This document shows positions 27,860-37,876 of a DNA stretch of 64,000 nt, one piece after another. Each line of letters opens with the position of its first letter. The first letter of the stretch is position 1. The stretch lies in contig CACNXQ010000005.1 in NCBI GenBank assembly GCA_902624455.1, positions 1,340-65,339 of the forward strand, in the 5' to 3' direction. This DNA is from an uncultured Pelagibacteraceae bacterium. Its GTDB lineage: Bacteria; Pseudomonadota; Alphaproteobacteria; Pelagibacterales; AG-422-B15. The notes beneath the pieces are model-generated. The model saw nothing but the letters and a program-made list of their open reading frames with translations, had not been told where the DNA came from and made no database searches. Both the position numbers and the translations under genes were made by a program.

Positions 27860-28312
27860 TTATCTTTTAGAAAACTGATAACGTCTTCTGGCCTTACGCC
27901 TACCATATTTTTTACGCTCAACTATTCTTGAGTCTCTAGTTAAAAGTCCTTCACTTTTCAATACAGATCTTAAATTTGGATCTAGTAAAGATAGTGCTTT
28001 CGAAATACCGTGCCTAATTGCACCTGCTTGCCCTGACAAGCCTCCGCCACTTACAGTAATTACAGTATCAACATTCATCTTTTTATTAGTAAGTTCTAAT
28101 GGCTGATGTACTAACATATTGAGTACTGGTCTACTGAAGTAATCATTTATTGCTTTTCCATTAATTGATAGATTTCCTGATCCAGACTTTATCCAAACTC
28201 TTGCTACTGCATTCTTTCTTTTTCCAGTTGCATAAGATCTACCTTGGGCGTCAATAACTGGTTTAATATTAGTTTCTTGGTTTTCGATATTTGATGTATC
28301 TATATTTGTCAT
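27860..28312 (-). CDS. rpsI: 30S ribosomal protein S9
   Basis: 150 aa. [19 protein letters not shown] and C-terminal [11 protein letters not shown]. Confidence 0.95.
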   Translation of the reverse strand: MTNIDTSNIENQETNIKPVIDAQGRSYATGKRKNAVARVWIKSGSGNLSINGKAINDYFSRPVLNMLVHQPLELTNKKMNVDTVITVSGGGLSGQAGAIRHGISKALSLLDPNLRSVLKSEGLLTRDSRIVERKKYGRRKARRRYQFSKR

Positions 28313-28773
28313 ATTAAATTATCTATGTTTTGTACTTTTGGGGATTGAGCTTCATGTGGATGTTCAGCTCCATTATAAACTTTCATGTTTGAAAGTTGTT
28401 TCCTACCAAGCGGGCCTTTTGGTATCATTCTTTTAACTGCAAGCCTTATTACACGATCGGGGTTTTTGCCTTCGAGTATTTTTCTAGCATTAATTGATTT
28501 AATGCCTCCTGGATAGCCCGTGTGTCGATAATAAATTTTGTCATCTAGCTTATTTCCAGTTAGTTTTACTTTTTCAGCATTTATAATCACTACGTTGTCT
28601 CCACAATCAACGTGTGGAGTAAAAGTTGGCTTGTGTTTGCCTCTTAGAATATTTGATACTACTGAAGCTAGTCGACCTAGAACAATTTCAGATGCATCAA
28701 TTAAGACCCATTCTTTTTGAGCTTCTTTTGAGCTTAAAGATCTTGTTTGTTTTGCTATTTTGCTCGTAACCAT
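28309..28773 (-). CDS. rplM: 50S ribosomal protein L13
   Basis: [37 protein letters not shown] take the start at the internal ATG (MVTSKIAK...). The track start at 28809 adds 12 unlikely residues. The exact start is uncertain. Confidence 0.9.
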   Translation of the reverse strand: MVTSKIAKQTRSLSSKEAQKEWVLIDASEIVLGRLASVVSNILRGKHKPTFTPHVDCGDNVVIINAEKVKLTGNKLDDKIYYRHTGYPGGIKSINARKILEGKNPDRVIRLAVKRMIPKGPLGRKQLSNMKVYNGAEHPHEAQSPKVQNIDNLI

Positions 28774-28969
28774 GGATGAATTAATAGTGAAACTGCCGTA
28801 TATTGTCAATACATTCTAAATTATAATTATAATTCAATTATTTACATAAAGGTATAATAATACTATTTAATTAACTTTACTTCCATATCTTTGCTAGCAT
28901 AGAATATTTCGTAAAATAAATGTTTAAGCCGGCAAATTTAAATAATCTAAAACGTAAGGAATAATCAAA

Positions 28970-30283
28970 ATGGCAAAAAATAAATTTAATCCAGCGGAGT
29001 CTGTTAATCCTGAAACAATTGCTTTACATGGAGGTGACTATAGAGCTGATCCATCTACAACATCAGTAGCTGTACCTATATATCAAACAACATCATATCA
29101 ATTCCATAATGCTGAACATGCAGCAAATTTATTTGGAGCAAAAGATTTTGGAAATATTTATACCAGAATTATGAACCCAACAGTTGACGTACTTGAAAAA
29201 AGAGTTGCTGCAATGGAAGGTGGTGTTGGTGCCTTATGTGTAAGTTCTGGGCAATCTGCCTCAATGTTGAGTATTCAAAATTTAGTTAAAGCGGGAGATA
29301 ACGTGGTAAGCTCCACTGATTTATATGGAGGTACCTGGAATCTTTTTGCAAATACTATGAAAGATTTAGGAATAGAGGTAAGATTTGCAGATCCGTCAGA
29401 TCCCGAAAATTTTAGAAAACTTACTGATGACAATACTAGAGCCTATTACGCAGAGACTTTACCAAATCCAAAGTTAAAAGTATTTCCAATACGTGAAGTT
29501 GCAGATATTGGTGATGAATACAACATACCTCTCATAGTAGATAATACGGCGGCGCCAGTAATATGTAAACCTATCGAACATGGAGCAACGATTGTAGTCC
29601 ATTCTCTTACTAAATTCATTGGGGGACATGGAACGACAATCGGTGGTATCATTGTCGATAGTGGAAAATTTGATTGGGCAAAAGATCCGAAAAGACAGCC
29701 TATGTTAAATAATCCTGATCCAAGTTACCACGGAATGGTATGGACTGAGTTTGCAAAGGCAGTTGGACCAATTGCTTACATAGTACGTGCAAGGTTTGTT
29801 GGTCTGAGAGATTTGGGACCAGCATTGAGCCCTCAAAGTGCCTTTCAGATAATTCAAGGCCTTGAAACAGTATCATTAAGAATGGAAAAACATTGTGCTA
29901 ATGCGGCTAAAGTTGCTGAATACTTGTCAAACCATAATAAAGTTTCAAGAGTCATTTACGCAGGACTCGACGAAGGTGAAGCTGGTGAAAGAGCAAATAA
30001 GTATTTAAAAGGTGGTCATGGTGCGCTTTGTGGATTTGAGCTAAAAGGCGGTAAATCAAGCGGTGAAAAGTTCATTGATAATTTAAATATGTTTTATCAT
30101 GTAGCAAATATTGGAGATGCTAGAAGCTTAGCTATTCACCCTGCTACAACTACACACTCACAGCTTTCTGACGAAGATATGGAAGCGGCAGGCGTTAATC
30201 CAAGCTATGTAAGATTATCAATTGGGATTGAACACATTGATGACATTTTAAATGATTTAAAAAATGCTTTAGATGCTGCATAG
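28970..30283 (+). CDS. metY: O-acetylhomoserine sulfhydrylase
   Basis: 437 aa. Cys/Met-metabolism PLP family with PLP-Lys context HSLTKFIGGHG. The N-terminal HGG...D..T.S.AVPIYQTTSY is typical of MetY. Confidence 0.9.
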   Translation: MAKNKFNPAESVNPETIALHGGDYRADPSTTSVAVPIYQTTSYQFHNAEHAANLFGAKDFGNIYTRIMNPTVDVLEKRVAAMEGGVGALCVSSGQSASMLSIQNLVKAGDNVVSSTDLYGGTWNLFANTMKDLGIEVRFADPSDPENFRKLTDDNTRAYYAETLPNPKLKVFPIREVADIGDEYNIPLIVDNTAAPVICKPIEHGATIVVHSLTKFIGGHGTTIGGIIVDSGKFDWAKDPKRQPMLNNPDPSYHGMVWTEFAKAVGPIAYIVRARFVGLRDLGPALSPQSAFQIIQGLETVSLRMEKHCANAAKVAEYLSNHNKVSRVIYAGLDEGEAGERANKYLKGGHGALCGFELKGGKSSGEKFIDNLNMFYHVANIGDARSLAIHPATTTHSQLSDEDMEAAGVNPSYVRLSIGIEHIDDILNDLKNALDAA

Positions 30284-30290
30284 AATTTTC

Positions 30291-31334
30291 TCAATTTGAA
30301 AATTTTATTTTCTTACTGCTTAATGTAATCATTATTATTGAGATCAAGTAAAGTATAATTGAGTTACCTTGGTGCATTAAAGCGATGTACCAAGGTATGT
30401 TCAAATAGGTCATAATAATGCCTAATATTACCTGTAGAATTAAGAAAATATCAAAATACAAAAGAATAACTTTTACGATTCTTGAATTATTAGAATTAAA
30501 TATTAGTAAATTTAAATACACAACTACGATAAGCAGCACAAAAGCAAAAGATCTATGGAAAAATACTATGAAGTCACGGTTTTCAAAGAAAAGGTATTTT
30601 ATTGTACTATCTAGAAATGTTATTTCTGGCAATAAAGTTCCATTATAAAGAGGCCAAGTATTATATAAAAGACCCGAGTCGGTTCCTGAAACAAATGCTC
30701 CATAAGCTATTTGAAAAAATATAAATATAAATACAGCTAATACAGTTTTTCTATTTTTTTCATAACCACTTAGTGAAAGATATGCTCCTTGGTCTATTTT
30801 AACCCTCATGTATGTGTGAACTATTATTCCTAAGATAATGAAAGCAAGGGTTAAATGAAGGGCTAACCTATATTGGCTAACATCAACCCTACCATACAAT
30901 CCACTTTTAACCATGTACCAGCCTACAGTTGCCTGTAAAGCTAATAGAAACCCTATAAGAAATACACTTAAGTAGTATTTTCTATTTATATATTTATAAA
31001 ATAAGAAATAAATAAGGGGAAATAGATAAATAAAACCAATGTATCTTGCAAATGCTCTATGAAACCACTCCCAGAAATAAATAAACTTAAACTCACTCAG
31101 AGTCATTGATGAATTAATGAGTTTAAATTCATCTATCAGCTTATATTTTTCAAATTCAAGAATCCAGGACTGTTCAGTTAATGGAAATAAAATGCCGCTT
31201 AACGGTTGCCACTCAGTAATTGATAACCCAGAATCTGATATTCGAGTATAACCACCAATTAAAATTATCAAAACAACCGAAAAAGCTAATATTATTAACC
31301 ATATAGAAAATATGTTGATTTTAGAATAATCCAT
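30291..31334 (-). CDS. ctaA: Heme A synthase (COX15/CtaA)
   Basis: 347 aa polytopic membrane protein with conserved His contexts (WFHRAFARYIG, LALHLTLAF, FFHRSFAFVL, ALMHQGNS). Confidence 0.85.
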   Translation of the reverse strand: MDYSKINIFSIWLIILAFSVVLIILIGGYTRISDSGLSITEWQPLSGILFPLTEQSWILEFEKYKLIDEFKLINSSMTLSEFKFIYFWEWFHRAFARYIGFIYLFPLIYFLFYKYINRKYYLSVFLIGFLLALQATVGWYMVKSGLYGRVDVSQYRLALHLTLAFIILGIIVHTYMRVKIDQGAYLSLSGYEKNRKTVLAVFIFIFFQIAYGAFVSGTDSGLLYNTWPLYNGTLLPEITFLDSTIKYLFFENRDFIVFFHRSFAFVLLIVVVYLNLLIFNSNNSRIVKVILLYFDIFLILQVILGIIMTYLNIPWYIALMHQGNSIILYLISIIMITLSSKKIKFSN

Positions 31335-31340
31335 ACTTAA

Positions 31341-31556
31341 ATGTGTTTAATGGTTAAGTTTAAGAAAATACTAAGTATATTTACTTTTTTAATTGTAATG
31401 CTCATTTACTGTTTATTAGTTATGGTATTTCTATCCAAAATCAACTTTAATCATTGGTTGTTAGAACTTTTAGCTTATTCTGTATTAGGAATTATATGGG
31501 TATTTCCGTCAATGTATATTTTACGTCCATTTAAAAGGAACAAGAATGAAAAATAA
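31341..31556 (+). CDS. Small two-TM membrane protein (DUF2842-like)
   Basis: 71 aa, two hydrophobic helices, divergent from ctaA as DUF2842 genes often are in Alphaproteobacteria. The start could instead be the ATG at 31350. Confidence 0.5.
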   Translation: MCLMVKFKKILSIFTFLIVMLIYCLLVMVFLSKINFNHWLLELLAYSVLGIIWVFPSMYILRPFKRNKNEK

Positions 31557-31833
31557 TTCTAAGGAAATGAAGCTTATTCGAAAAAAAATTGATCAGATTG
31601 ATGATAAATTGCTTCCTTTAATGGTAAAGAGATCAAAATTAGTTGAAAAAGCTCTTAGTTTAAAAAAAAGACAAAATGAAATTGTTGATAAAAAAAGAAT
31701 AAATGAGATTTCAAAAAAAATAGTTAAAAAAACATCAGAGCTTGGTGGAAATTCTAAATTGTTAAAAAAAATATGGCTATCAATAATTCAAAACTTTATA
31801 GATTATGAAAACCAAGAGTTTAAAAAGAAATAA
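31546..31833 (+). CDS. Chorismate mutase (AroQ type)
   Basis: 95 aa. LIRKKIDQIDDKLLPLMVKRSKLV is the AroQ helix-1 signature. Overlaps the upstream gene by 11 nt. Confidence 0.8.
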   Translation: MKNNSKEMKLIRKKIDQIDDKLLPLMVKRSKLVEKALSLKKRQNEIVDKKRINEISKKIVKKTSELGGNSKLLKKIWLSIIQNFIDYENQEFKKK

Positions 31834-32025
31834 TTATTTGCTATGAGGCGGAAGTTTTTTTTCAACAAACCATTCATGTTTTCTAGTTGCAGGATTGAAT
31901 TTTTTTAGCCTCAACTTATCCTTTGCCTTTAATCCAGATGTAGGTTTTTTTGCATAATAATAAAATTTACTATCAGTTTTTTCTTCAGGTACTAATCTTA
32001 CTTTTACAGTTGACTTTTTTGCCAT
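31834..32025 (-). CDS. rpmG: 50S ribosomal protein L33
   Basis: 63 aa. MAKKSTVKVRLV...FYYYAKK...KLRLKKFNPATRKHEWFVEKK fits L33 (Cys-less form). Its stop is back-to-back with the chorismate mutase stop (TAA|TTA). Confidence 0.82.
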   Translation of the reverse strand: MAKKSTVKVRLVPEEKTDSKFYYYAKKPTSGLKAKDKLRLKKFNPATRKHEWFVEKKLPPHSK

Positions 32026-32454
32026 TTAATCACCTTTATTTAATTTTTTCTTTAACTCAACTAAATCATTCAATACAGTCATAAGCTTCTTTCTTTTACT
32101 TTCAGCTATCATAGAATGTGGTTTATTTTCAATATCAGTTGAGTATTTATGCTTATCTTTATCCAAAGTAAAGTTATTATTTTGAACCGGCTTTGAAATT
32201 ATCTTTTTGGCACCATTTTCTTTAATTACCTTTTGTACGCCTCTAATTGTGTAACCATCATTGTATAGTAAATATTTAATTCCCTTTAAAAGCTCTATAT
32301 CTTCAGGCCTGTAGTATCTTCTGCCACCACCTCTCTTTATTGGCTTAATCTGCACAAACTTTGTCTCCCAAAATCTTAGCACATGCTGAGGTAGAGATAA
32401 ATCTTTTGAAACTTCGCTTATTGTTCTAAATGCCTCAGGTGATTTAATATTCAT
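32026..32454 (-). CDS. MerR-family transcriptional regulator
   Basis: 142 aa. N-terminal Mer[29 protein letters not shown]...[12 protein letters not shown]. Overlaps ihfA by 11 nt. Confidence 0.8.
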   Translation of the reverse strand: MNIKSPEAFRTISEVSKDLSLPQHVLRFWETKFVQIKPIKRGGGRRYYRPEDIELLKGIKYLLYNDGYTIRGVQKVIKENGAKKIISKPVQNNNFTLDKDKHKYSTDIENKPHSMIAESKRKKLMTVLNDLVELKKKLNKGD

Positions 32455-32779
32455 TTGAAGTGTCCAAATTTTGAGGTTTGTGCATTTTATTTTTTAAATT
32501 AACTCTTGATTTTAAAACATTCGAAGCTCGAAAGGTAACTACACTTCTTGCAGTGATAGGAACTTCTTCGCCTGTTTTGGGGTTTCTACCAATTCGCTCT
32601 TTTTTGTTTCTAACAATAAATGTTCCAAAAGAAGAAATTTTTACATCATCTCCGTCAATCAAACTTTTTAAAATTTCATTAAAAACAGAATCAACAAGTG
32701 AAGATGACTCATTTCTAGACAGGCCAACATTTTTAAATACAGCTTCACTAAGTGTTGAGCGTGTTGTTGTTTTGTCCAT
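32444..32779 (-). CDS. ihfA: Integration host factor subunit alpha
   Basis: 111 aa. HU/IHF fold with GFGTF-like [27 protein letters not shown]. Confidence 0.9.
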   Translation of the reverse strand: MDKTTTRSTLSEAVFKNVGLSRNESSSLVDSVFNEILKSLIDGDDVKISSFGTFIVRNKKERIGRNPKTGEEVPITARSVVTFRASNVLKSRVNLKNKMHKPQNLDTSNEY

Positions 32780-32840
32780 ATTAAAAAATTATATGTAAAT
32801 AATAATGCTATAACAATAGTTTAATTGCTTTTTTTGATAA

Positions 32841-33875
32841 TTAATTATCCATGCTATCTTTAATTTTTTCTAGATATTCTACAATTTTATCATTAACGTT
32901 ATTGCTTAGCAGGGAATGTATAATATCAGCTGCATATGAAACACCCCTATACTCAGACTCACCATGACATTTAACAACTAGTGAGTTGAGACCCATAAAT
33001 ATACCACAGTTATGAACTCTTGGGTCTAGTTTATCACTCATGCTTTTTAAAGCTTGTGAGCTCAATGCAAAACCTAATTTAGACATCATGGAACTACTGA
33101 AAGCATTTCTTAGGTTAGTCTGTATCATTTTAGCTGTTCCTTCAGCTGTCTTTAAAGCAATATTGCCAGAAAATCCATCTGTAACTACTACATTAGTTTT
33201 TCCTATAGATATGTCATTGCCTTCAACAAAACCATAATAATTTATAATTTTTTTGAGCGATAAATTTTGAAGTATTCCTGCAGCTGTCCTTATCTCTTCA
33301 TTACCCTTATTATCTTCTGTTCCCACATTGAGTAAGCCTATGCTAGGTTTCTTTATTCGAAAGAGAATTGATGCAAGAATTGAGCCTAAAAGTGCGTTAT
33401 CAATTAAAAATCTACTATCTTTTTTTGTATTTGCACCTAAATCTAGAATAATAGAGTCTCCGATTAAATTTGGCCAAATTGAAGCAATCGAAGGTCTCTT
33501 TATATTATTCAATGTTTTTATTATCAAAAGTGCAAATGTCATTAATGCGCCAGTATTACCAAATGACAAAGCTGCATCCGAATATTTTCTAGAAACTGAC
33601 TCTATCGCTTGGGACATACTTGATTTTTTTTTATTTTTGATCACTTCAGATGGAACATCAGTCATTTCTACAACTTCATCACAGTTTATAATTTCAGAGA
33701 TTTTTGAAAGAGATTTGAAATTTGAAATATTTTTTTTTATTTCATGCTCATCACCATAAATAAGGTAATTAAAATTAATATTTCTTTCAGCTGATAGATT
33801 TAATCCATGACAAATATCTTTTAATTTAGTTTCACTACCCATCGTATCAATAGATAATGTTATTTTACCCTTCAT
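32841..33875 (-). CDS. plsX: Phosphate acyltransferase PlsX
   Basis: 344 aa. Full-length PlsX pattern (IDTMGSE, LLNVGTEDNKGNE, VVVTDGFSGNIALKTAEG). Confidence 0.92.
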   Translation of the reverse strand: MKGKITLSIDTMGSETKLKDICHGLNLSAERNINFNYLIYGDEHEIKKNISNFKSLSKISEIINCDEVVEMTDVPSEVIKNKKKSSMSQAIESVSRKYSDAALSFGNTGALMTFALLIIKTLNNIKRPSIASIWPNLIGDSIILDLGANTKKDSRFLIDNALLGSILASILFRIKKPSIGLLNVGTEDNKGNEEIRTAAGILQNLSLKKIINYYGFVEGNDISIGKTNVVVTDGFSGNIALKTAEGTAKMIQTNLRNAFSSSMMSKLGFALSSQALKSMSDKLDPRVHNCGIFMGLNSLVVKCHGESEYRGVSYAADIIHSLLSNNVNDKIVEYLEKIKDSMDN

Positions 33876-34431
33876 TTATTTTCTCCTTTATAGGAAACTC
33901 AATAAATCTAAATCTATCTTCTATGTTCTTTTTAATACCTCTTGAACTGAAATAATTTAAATTATCAATTATGTAATTTTTAAAAAAACTTAAATTATGA
34001 ACTTTTGGTTCTTTACCTTTATATATATTGTTTAACAATGCATTATTAAGTATTTCATCAATTTTGTTTTTTTTTATTTGATCAACGCCCTTACTATAGT
34101 TGGCAATTCTTCCATAAAATGCCGTAACAAATACTTTCATTTTTTTATTTACAGCTATATCGCCAAATCCCATTTCTCTCAAATTATTATCGAAATCATC
34201 AAACATAAAGTCAAACAAAAACTGGGATAGTTTCTTCTCATTTTCTGAAATATTTTTAAGAAAATAAAAAATAATGAAAGAGTGTAGTATTATTATATCA
34301 AATCTAGACTCAAAGGTATCATCTATATCTAAATCTAAATAAAAAAACTTAGATCTCGATCTTTCAATTATATTTTGATAGATTCCAGGTGTGATATCTT
34401 TATATTTATTATCTGAATTTAAAAAAAACAT
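33865..34431 (-). CDS. Ubiquinol-cytochrome c chaperone (Cbp3/UQCC1-like) family protein
   Basis: 188 aa. D.F..RF....LH.........LSQFLFDFMFDDFDNNLREMGFGDIAVNKKMK fits the family pattern. Conserved plsX-adjacent position in Alphaproteobacteria. Confidence 0.7.
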   Translation of the reverse strand: MFFLNSDNKYKDITPGIYQNIIERSRSKFFYLDLDIDDTFESRFDIIILHSFIIFYFLKNISENEKKLSQFLFDFMFDDFDNNLREMGFGDIAVNKKMKVFVTAFYGRIANYSKGVDQIKKNKIDEILNNALLNNIYKGKEPKVHNLSFFKNYIIDNLNYFSSRGIKKNIEDRFRFIEFPIKEKINEG

Positions 34432-34439
34432 CTTTTTTT

Positions 34440-34871
34440 ATGAAATTGTATATATTATTATTCTTATCATTAATTTTATATAGTTGCTCTCCAATTAATA
34501 AGCAACATGGATATTTAATTGATGATTTTATAATGTCCTCGGACAGTATTTCAAAGTTTTCAGAGGGAAATACTTCAAAATCTGATATTTTTAGCGTTAT
34601 GGGCTCTCCATCTATAGAGATTTTTGATGTAAATGATGTGTGGATATATCTCATATCCGTAAAGGAAAAAAAAGTTTTTGAACAGGACCAAATTGAATAT
34701 CAGAACATTTTTAGATTTGAATTCAATAACTCAGGTGTGTTAGAAAAAAAAGAAATAATAAATGAAAACAGCTTTACACAACTTGTATTTTCAAAAGAAA
34801 AAACAAGGGTGATACGCGATGCATATGGAATAACAGATCAATTATACGATGCTTTTACGCGAGGCCAATAA
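34440..34871 (+). CDS. bamE: Outer-membrane assembly lipoprotein BamE (SmpA/OmlA)
   Basis: 143 aa. Lipobox LILYS-C-S. SKSDIFSVMGSPS is the BamE core. Confidence 0.75.
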   Translation: MKLYILLFLSLILYSCSPINKQHGYLIDDFIMSSDSISKFSEGNTSKSDIFSVMGSPSIEIFDVNDVWIYLISVKEKKVFEQDQIEYQNIFRFEFNNSGVLEKKEIINENSFTQLVFSKEKTRVIRDAYGITDQLYDAFTRGQ

Positions 34872-34876
34872 GCTAA

Positions 34877-36949
34877 TTATAATGCTGCAAGGAGCAGTAA
34901 AGCAACAATGTTTGTGATTTTGATCATCGGGTTAACCGCTGGTCCAGCGGTATCCTTGTAAGGATCTCCAACAGTATCGCCTGTAACAGCAGCTTTATGT
35001 GCTTCAGAGCCCTTGCCCCCGAAGTTACCATCTTCTACATATTTTTTAGCATTATCCCATGCGCCACCTCCAGCTGTCATTGATATAGCTACAAAAATGC
35101 CAGTCACGATTACACCTAGTAGCATTGCTCCTACTGCAGACACAGCGGCATTTTGATCAGCAACAAATGATATAATGAAGAAAAGAACAATAGGAGATAA
35201 AACGGGGAGCATTGAAGGAATTATCATCTCCTTAATCGCTGCTTTAGTAAGCATGTCTACAGACCTTGAATAATCAGGCTTTACCTCACCTGTCATTATT
35301 CCAGGATTATCAGAGAATTGCTTCCTTACTTCTTCAACAACTTCCCCTCCAGCTCTTCCTACAGCCATCATTCCCATCGAAGCAAATAAATATGGAAGTA
35401 ATCCGCCGATGAGAAGTCCAACAACGACATACGGATTTTCTAAACTAAAATTCGGCGTAAGTTCTGGTATCAACTTTAAATCTTCTACATAAGCTGCAAA
35501 AAGAACTAATGCTCCCAACCCAGCTGAACCAATTGCATATCCTTTTGTGACTGCTTTTGTAGTATTTCCAACTGCATCAAGAGCATCTGTAGTTTTTCGA
35601 ACATTCTCGTCAAGATTTGACATTTCAGCGATACCACCAGCATTATCTGTTACGGGTCCGTATGCATCTAAAGCTACTACCATACCAGCTAAAGCAAGCA
35701 TTGCTGTAACAGATATTGCAATTCCAAATAGGCCCGCAAGTTGGTAAGTGAATACAATACCTACAACTATCACAATCGCTGGTAATGCAGTCGCTTCCAT
35801 AGAAACAGCTAAACCTTGAATTACATTTGTACCATGACCAGTTGTAGAAGCTTTTGCAACACTCTGTACAGGCCTGTAATTAGTGCCTGTATAATATTCA
35901 GTAATCCAGATTAACAGTCCAGTGATTACAATTCCAATTAAAGCACATAAATAAAGAGAATTACCATTGAAAGATGTATCGCCGAAAGAGAAAGTATCAG
36001 ACATATCGCCTAAAATATATTGCGTAACAGGATAAATGAACAATAGAGATAAGATTGCAGATGCTATGAAACCTTTATATAAAGCTCCCATAATACTTTG
36101 AGATTTGCCTAGTCTTACAAAAAATGTTCCTATTATTGATGCTATTAAACAACTGCCTCCAATCGCCATCGGATAAATAGTCATTTTACTTGCAGTGTCA
36201 CCAGTAAAAAAAATAGTAGCAAGAACCATCGTTGCGACTATTGTAACTGCATATGTCTCAAACAAGTCAGCAGCCATTCCAGCGCAATCACCCACATTGT
36301 CTCCAACGTTATCTGCAATTACAGCTGGGTTTCTTGGATCATCTTCAGGGATACCAGCTTCAACTTTACCAACCAGGTCAGCTCCAACGTCAGCGCCTTT
36401 GGTAAAAATTCCTCCACCTAATCTAGCAAAAATTGAAATCAATGAAGCACCAAAACCCAAGGCAACCAAAGCATGTTTTAAAGTCTCATCTTTAACATTA
36501 CTACTTTCTAAAATTAAATAATAAACAGATATTGATAATAGGGCTAAACCTGCAACAAGCATTCCGGTCACGGCTCCAGCTTTAAAAGCTACGTTTAAAC
36601 CATTAGCAAGACTTTCATTTGCTGCTTGAGCAGTCCTTACATTTGCCCTGACAGAAATAATCATTCCAATATAACCTGCGGCGCCTGAGAGTATTGCACC
36701 AATTAAAAATCCACCAACAACCCAAAGATCTCTAAAAAAAAGAAATAATAAAACACTGATTACAACGCCAACTATTGCGATAGTAGAATATTGTCTATTT
36801 AAATAGGCTTGTGCACCTTCTTGAATTGCAGAGGAAATTTCCTGCATTTTTTCATTTCCTGCATTAGATTTGAGAACTGAATTTCCTGCCCAAAATCCAT
36901 ATACAATTGATAATATTCCAGAAAAAATAATTAAGTTTATGGTTGTCAT
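34877..36949 (-). CDS. hppA: Membrane-bound H+-translocating pyrophosphatase, K+-independent type
   Basis: 690 aa. [49 protein letters not shown] carries Lys at the position that distinguishes K+-independent enzymes (Ala in K+-dependent ones). Confidence 0.95.
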   Translation of the reverse strand: MTTINLIIFSGILSIVYGFWAGNSVLKSNAGNEKMQEISSAIQEGAQAYLNRQYSTIAIVGVVISVLLFLFFRDLWVVGGFLIGAILSGAAGYIGMIISVRANVRTAQAANESLANGLNVAFKAGAVTGMLVAGLALLSISVYYLILESSNVKDETLKHALVALGFGASLISIFARLGGGIFTKGADVGADLVGKVEAGIPEDDPRNPAVIADNVGDNVGDCAGMAADLFETYAVTIVATMVLATIFFTGDTASKMTIYPMAIGGSCLIASIIGTFFVRLGKSQSIMGALYKGFIASAILSLLFIYPVTQYILGDMSDTFSFGDTSFNGNSLYLCALIGIVITGLLIWITEYYTGTNYRPVQSVAKASTTGHGTNVIQGLAVSMEATALPAIVIVVGIVFTYQLAGLFGIAISVTAMLALAGMVVALDAYGPVTDNAGGIAEMSNLDENVRKTTDALDAVGNTTKAVTKGYAIGSAGLGALVLFAAYVEDLKLIPELTPNFSLENPYVVVGLLIGGLLPYLFASMGMMAVGRAGGEVVEEVRKQFSDNPGIMTGEVKPDYSRSVDMLTKAAIKEMIIPSMLPVLSPIVLFFIISFVADQNAAVSAVGAMLLGVIVTGIFVAISMTAGGGAWDNAKKYVEDGNFGGKGSEAHKAAVTGDTVGDPYKDTAGPAVNPMIKITNIVALLLLAAL

Positions 36950-37025
36950 TTTTATATCCTTTTAGTGATCAGTGTTGATGCAAAATGCCAAAAATTACAT
37001 AATTATGCAACTTTTATTTTAAAGG

Positions 37026-37451
37026 CTAATATTTTAAATTATCGAGCACTCCATTGAGTAAACCAGTCTCCTTTTTGATCAAAAATCTATCCGCAATAGC
37101 TAAATACTCAGAAATAACAATATTCTTTGTAGTATTCTTCTCATAAATTATTTCAAAAATAGCAGGCTTAAAAATAGCTAAAAGCATATTATCTGATGTT
37201 TTCAATTTCTTTTTATCAACGAAAGACTTACTTAAAACATCTTCAATTTGGTCAATTTTATCAATTACACCATCTAATAATCTCGCCGCAAAATTTAGAT
37301 TTGATTTCTCCAATTTTTTTCCAAGATCCAAATTTTGAATAATATCTCTCAAGATTTCTTCGGTCCCTTCTTTTATTCTCTCTTTATTTATCGAAATTTC
37401 ATATATTGCTTGCACTACAAGCAATCTTTGAAGTGATTTTAGATTCGACAT
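37026..37451 (-). CDS. nusB: Transcription antitermination factor NusB
   Basis: 141 aa. The size, all-helical sequence and conserved position immediately downstream of ribH support NusB. Confidence 0.82.
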   Translation of the reverse strand: MSNLKSLQRLLVVQAIYEISINKERIKEGTEEILRDIIQNLDLGKKLEKSNLNFAARLLDGVIDKIDQIEDVLSKSFVDKKKLKTSDNMLLAIFKPAIFEIIYEKNTTKNIVISEYLAIADRFLIKKETGLLNGVLDNLKY

Positions 37452-37876
37452 TAAAAGTTTTTTAAAATTGATAAAGCTGAGTCAATTGCTTCTTTTGATC
37501 TGTTCATTTTTTTTGAAGATCTTATTGCTGCTTGTTTCATGTTATCACAGGTTAAAACTGCATTGGTTACTGGAATTGCATTTGTAATTGATAGTTGAAG
37601 CAAGGAGTCAGTTATAGCAGATGCAATTAAATCAAAGTGTTTTGTTTTTCCTCTTATAATACAACCTAACGCAACTACTGCATCATATTTCTTCTTTCTA
37701 ATTTTCATCGAGATAAGTGTAGGGATTTCCAAAGAGCCATTTACAAAAAATATTTCATTTTTAATATTAAGTTTTTTACAATGTGTCCTTGCTTCTGAAA
37801 CTAGATTTTTTGTTATTTCTGGATAGAAATCTGAAGCAACTATTAAAAACTTATAATCTTTTTTTTTCTTTTTCAT
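37451..37876 (-). CDS. ribH: 6,7-dimethyl-8-ribityllumazine synthase
   Basis: 141 aa. VNGSLEIP, ALGCIIRGKTKHFD. Confidence 0.9.
   Translation of the reverse strand: MKKKKKDYKFLIVASDFYPEITKNLVSEARTHCKKLNIKNEIFFVNGSLEIPTLISMKIRKKKYDAVVALGCIIRGKTKHFDLIASAITDSLLQLSITNAIPVTNAVLTCDNMKQAAIRSSKKMNRSKEAIDSALSILKNF

Noticed and set aside
28828-28860. AATTAT-type short tandem repeats in the rplM/metY intergenic region, and TTAATTAATTAATTAA at about 11508-11523 upstream of aapJ.
   Set aside because: These are low-complexity AT repeats of two or three units. They are expected in promoter regions of an AT-rich genome and are not structured arrays.
33328-33759. 143-aa ORF antisense to plsX. Similar long antisense ORFs occur at 36195-36521 (in hppA), 24583-24885 (in glpX), 62614-62976 (in the beta-lactamase-family gene), 8479-8778 (in aapM), 41172-41483 (in glyA) and 32478-32798 (in ihfA).
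   Set aside because: Each lies entirely inside a well-supported gene on the opposite strand. The translated products are low-complexity (Ser/Pro/Ile-rich) with no recognisable motifs. This is typical of shadow ORFs created by the codon bias of the real gene.
34409-34654. 81-aa minus-strand ORF overlapping the 5' part of bamE.
   Set aside because: It is antisense to a gene with a clear lipobox and BamE core motif. It has no motifs of its own, and its 3' end also overlaps the 5' end of the Cbp3-like gene on the same strand.
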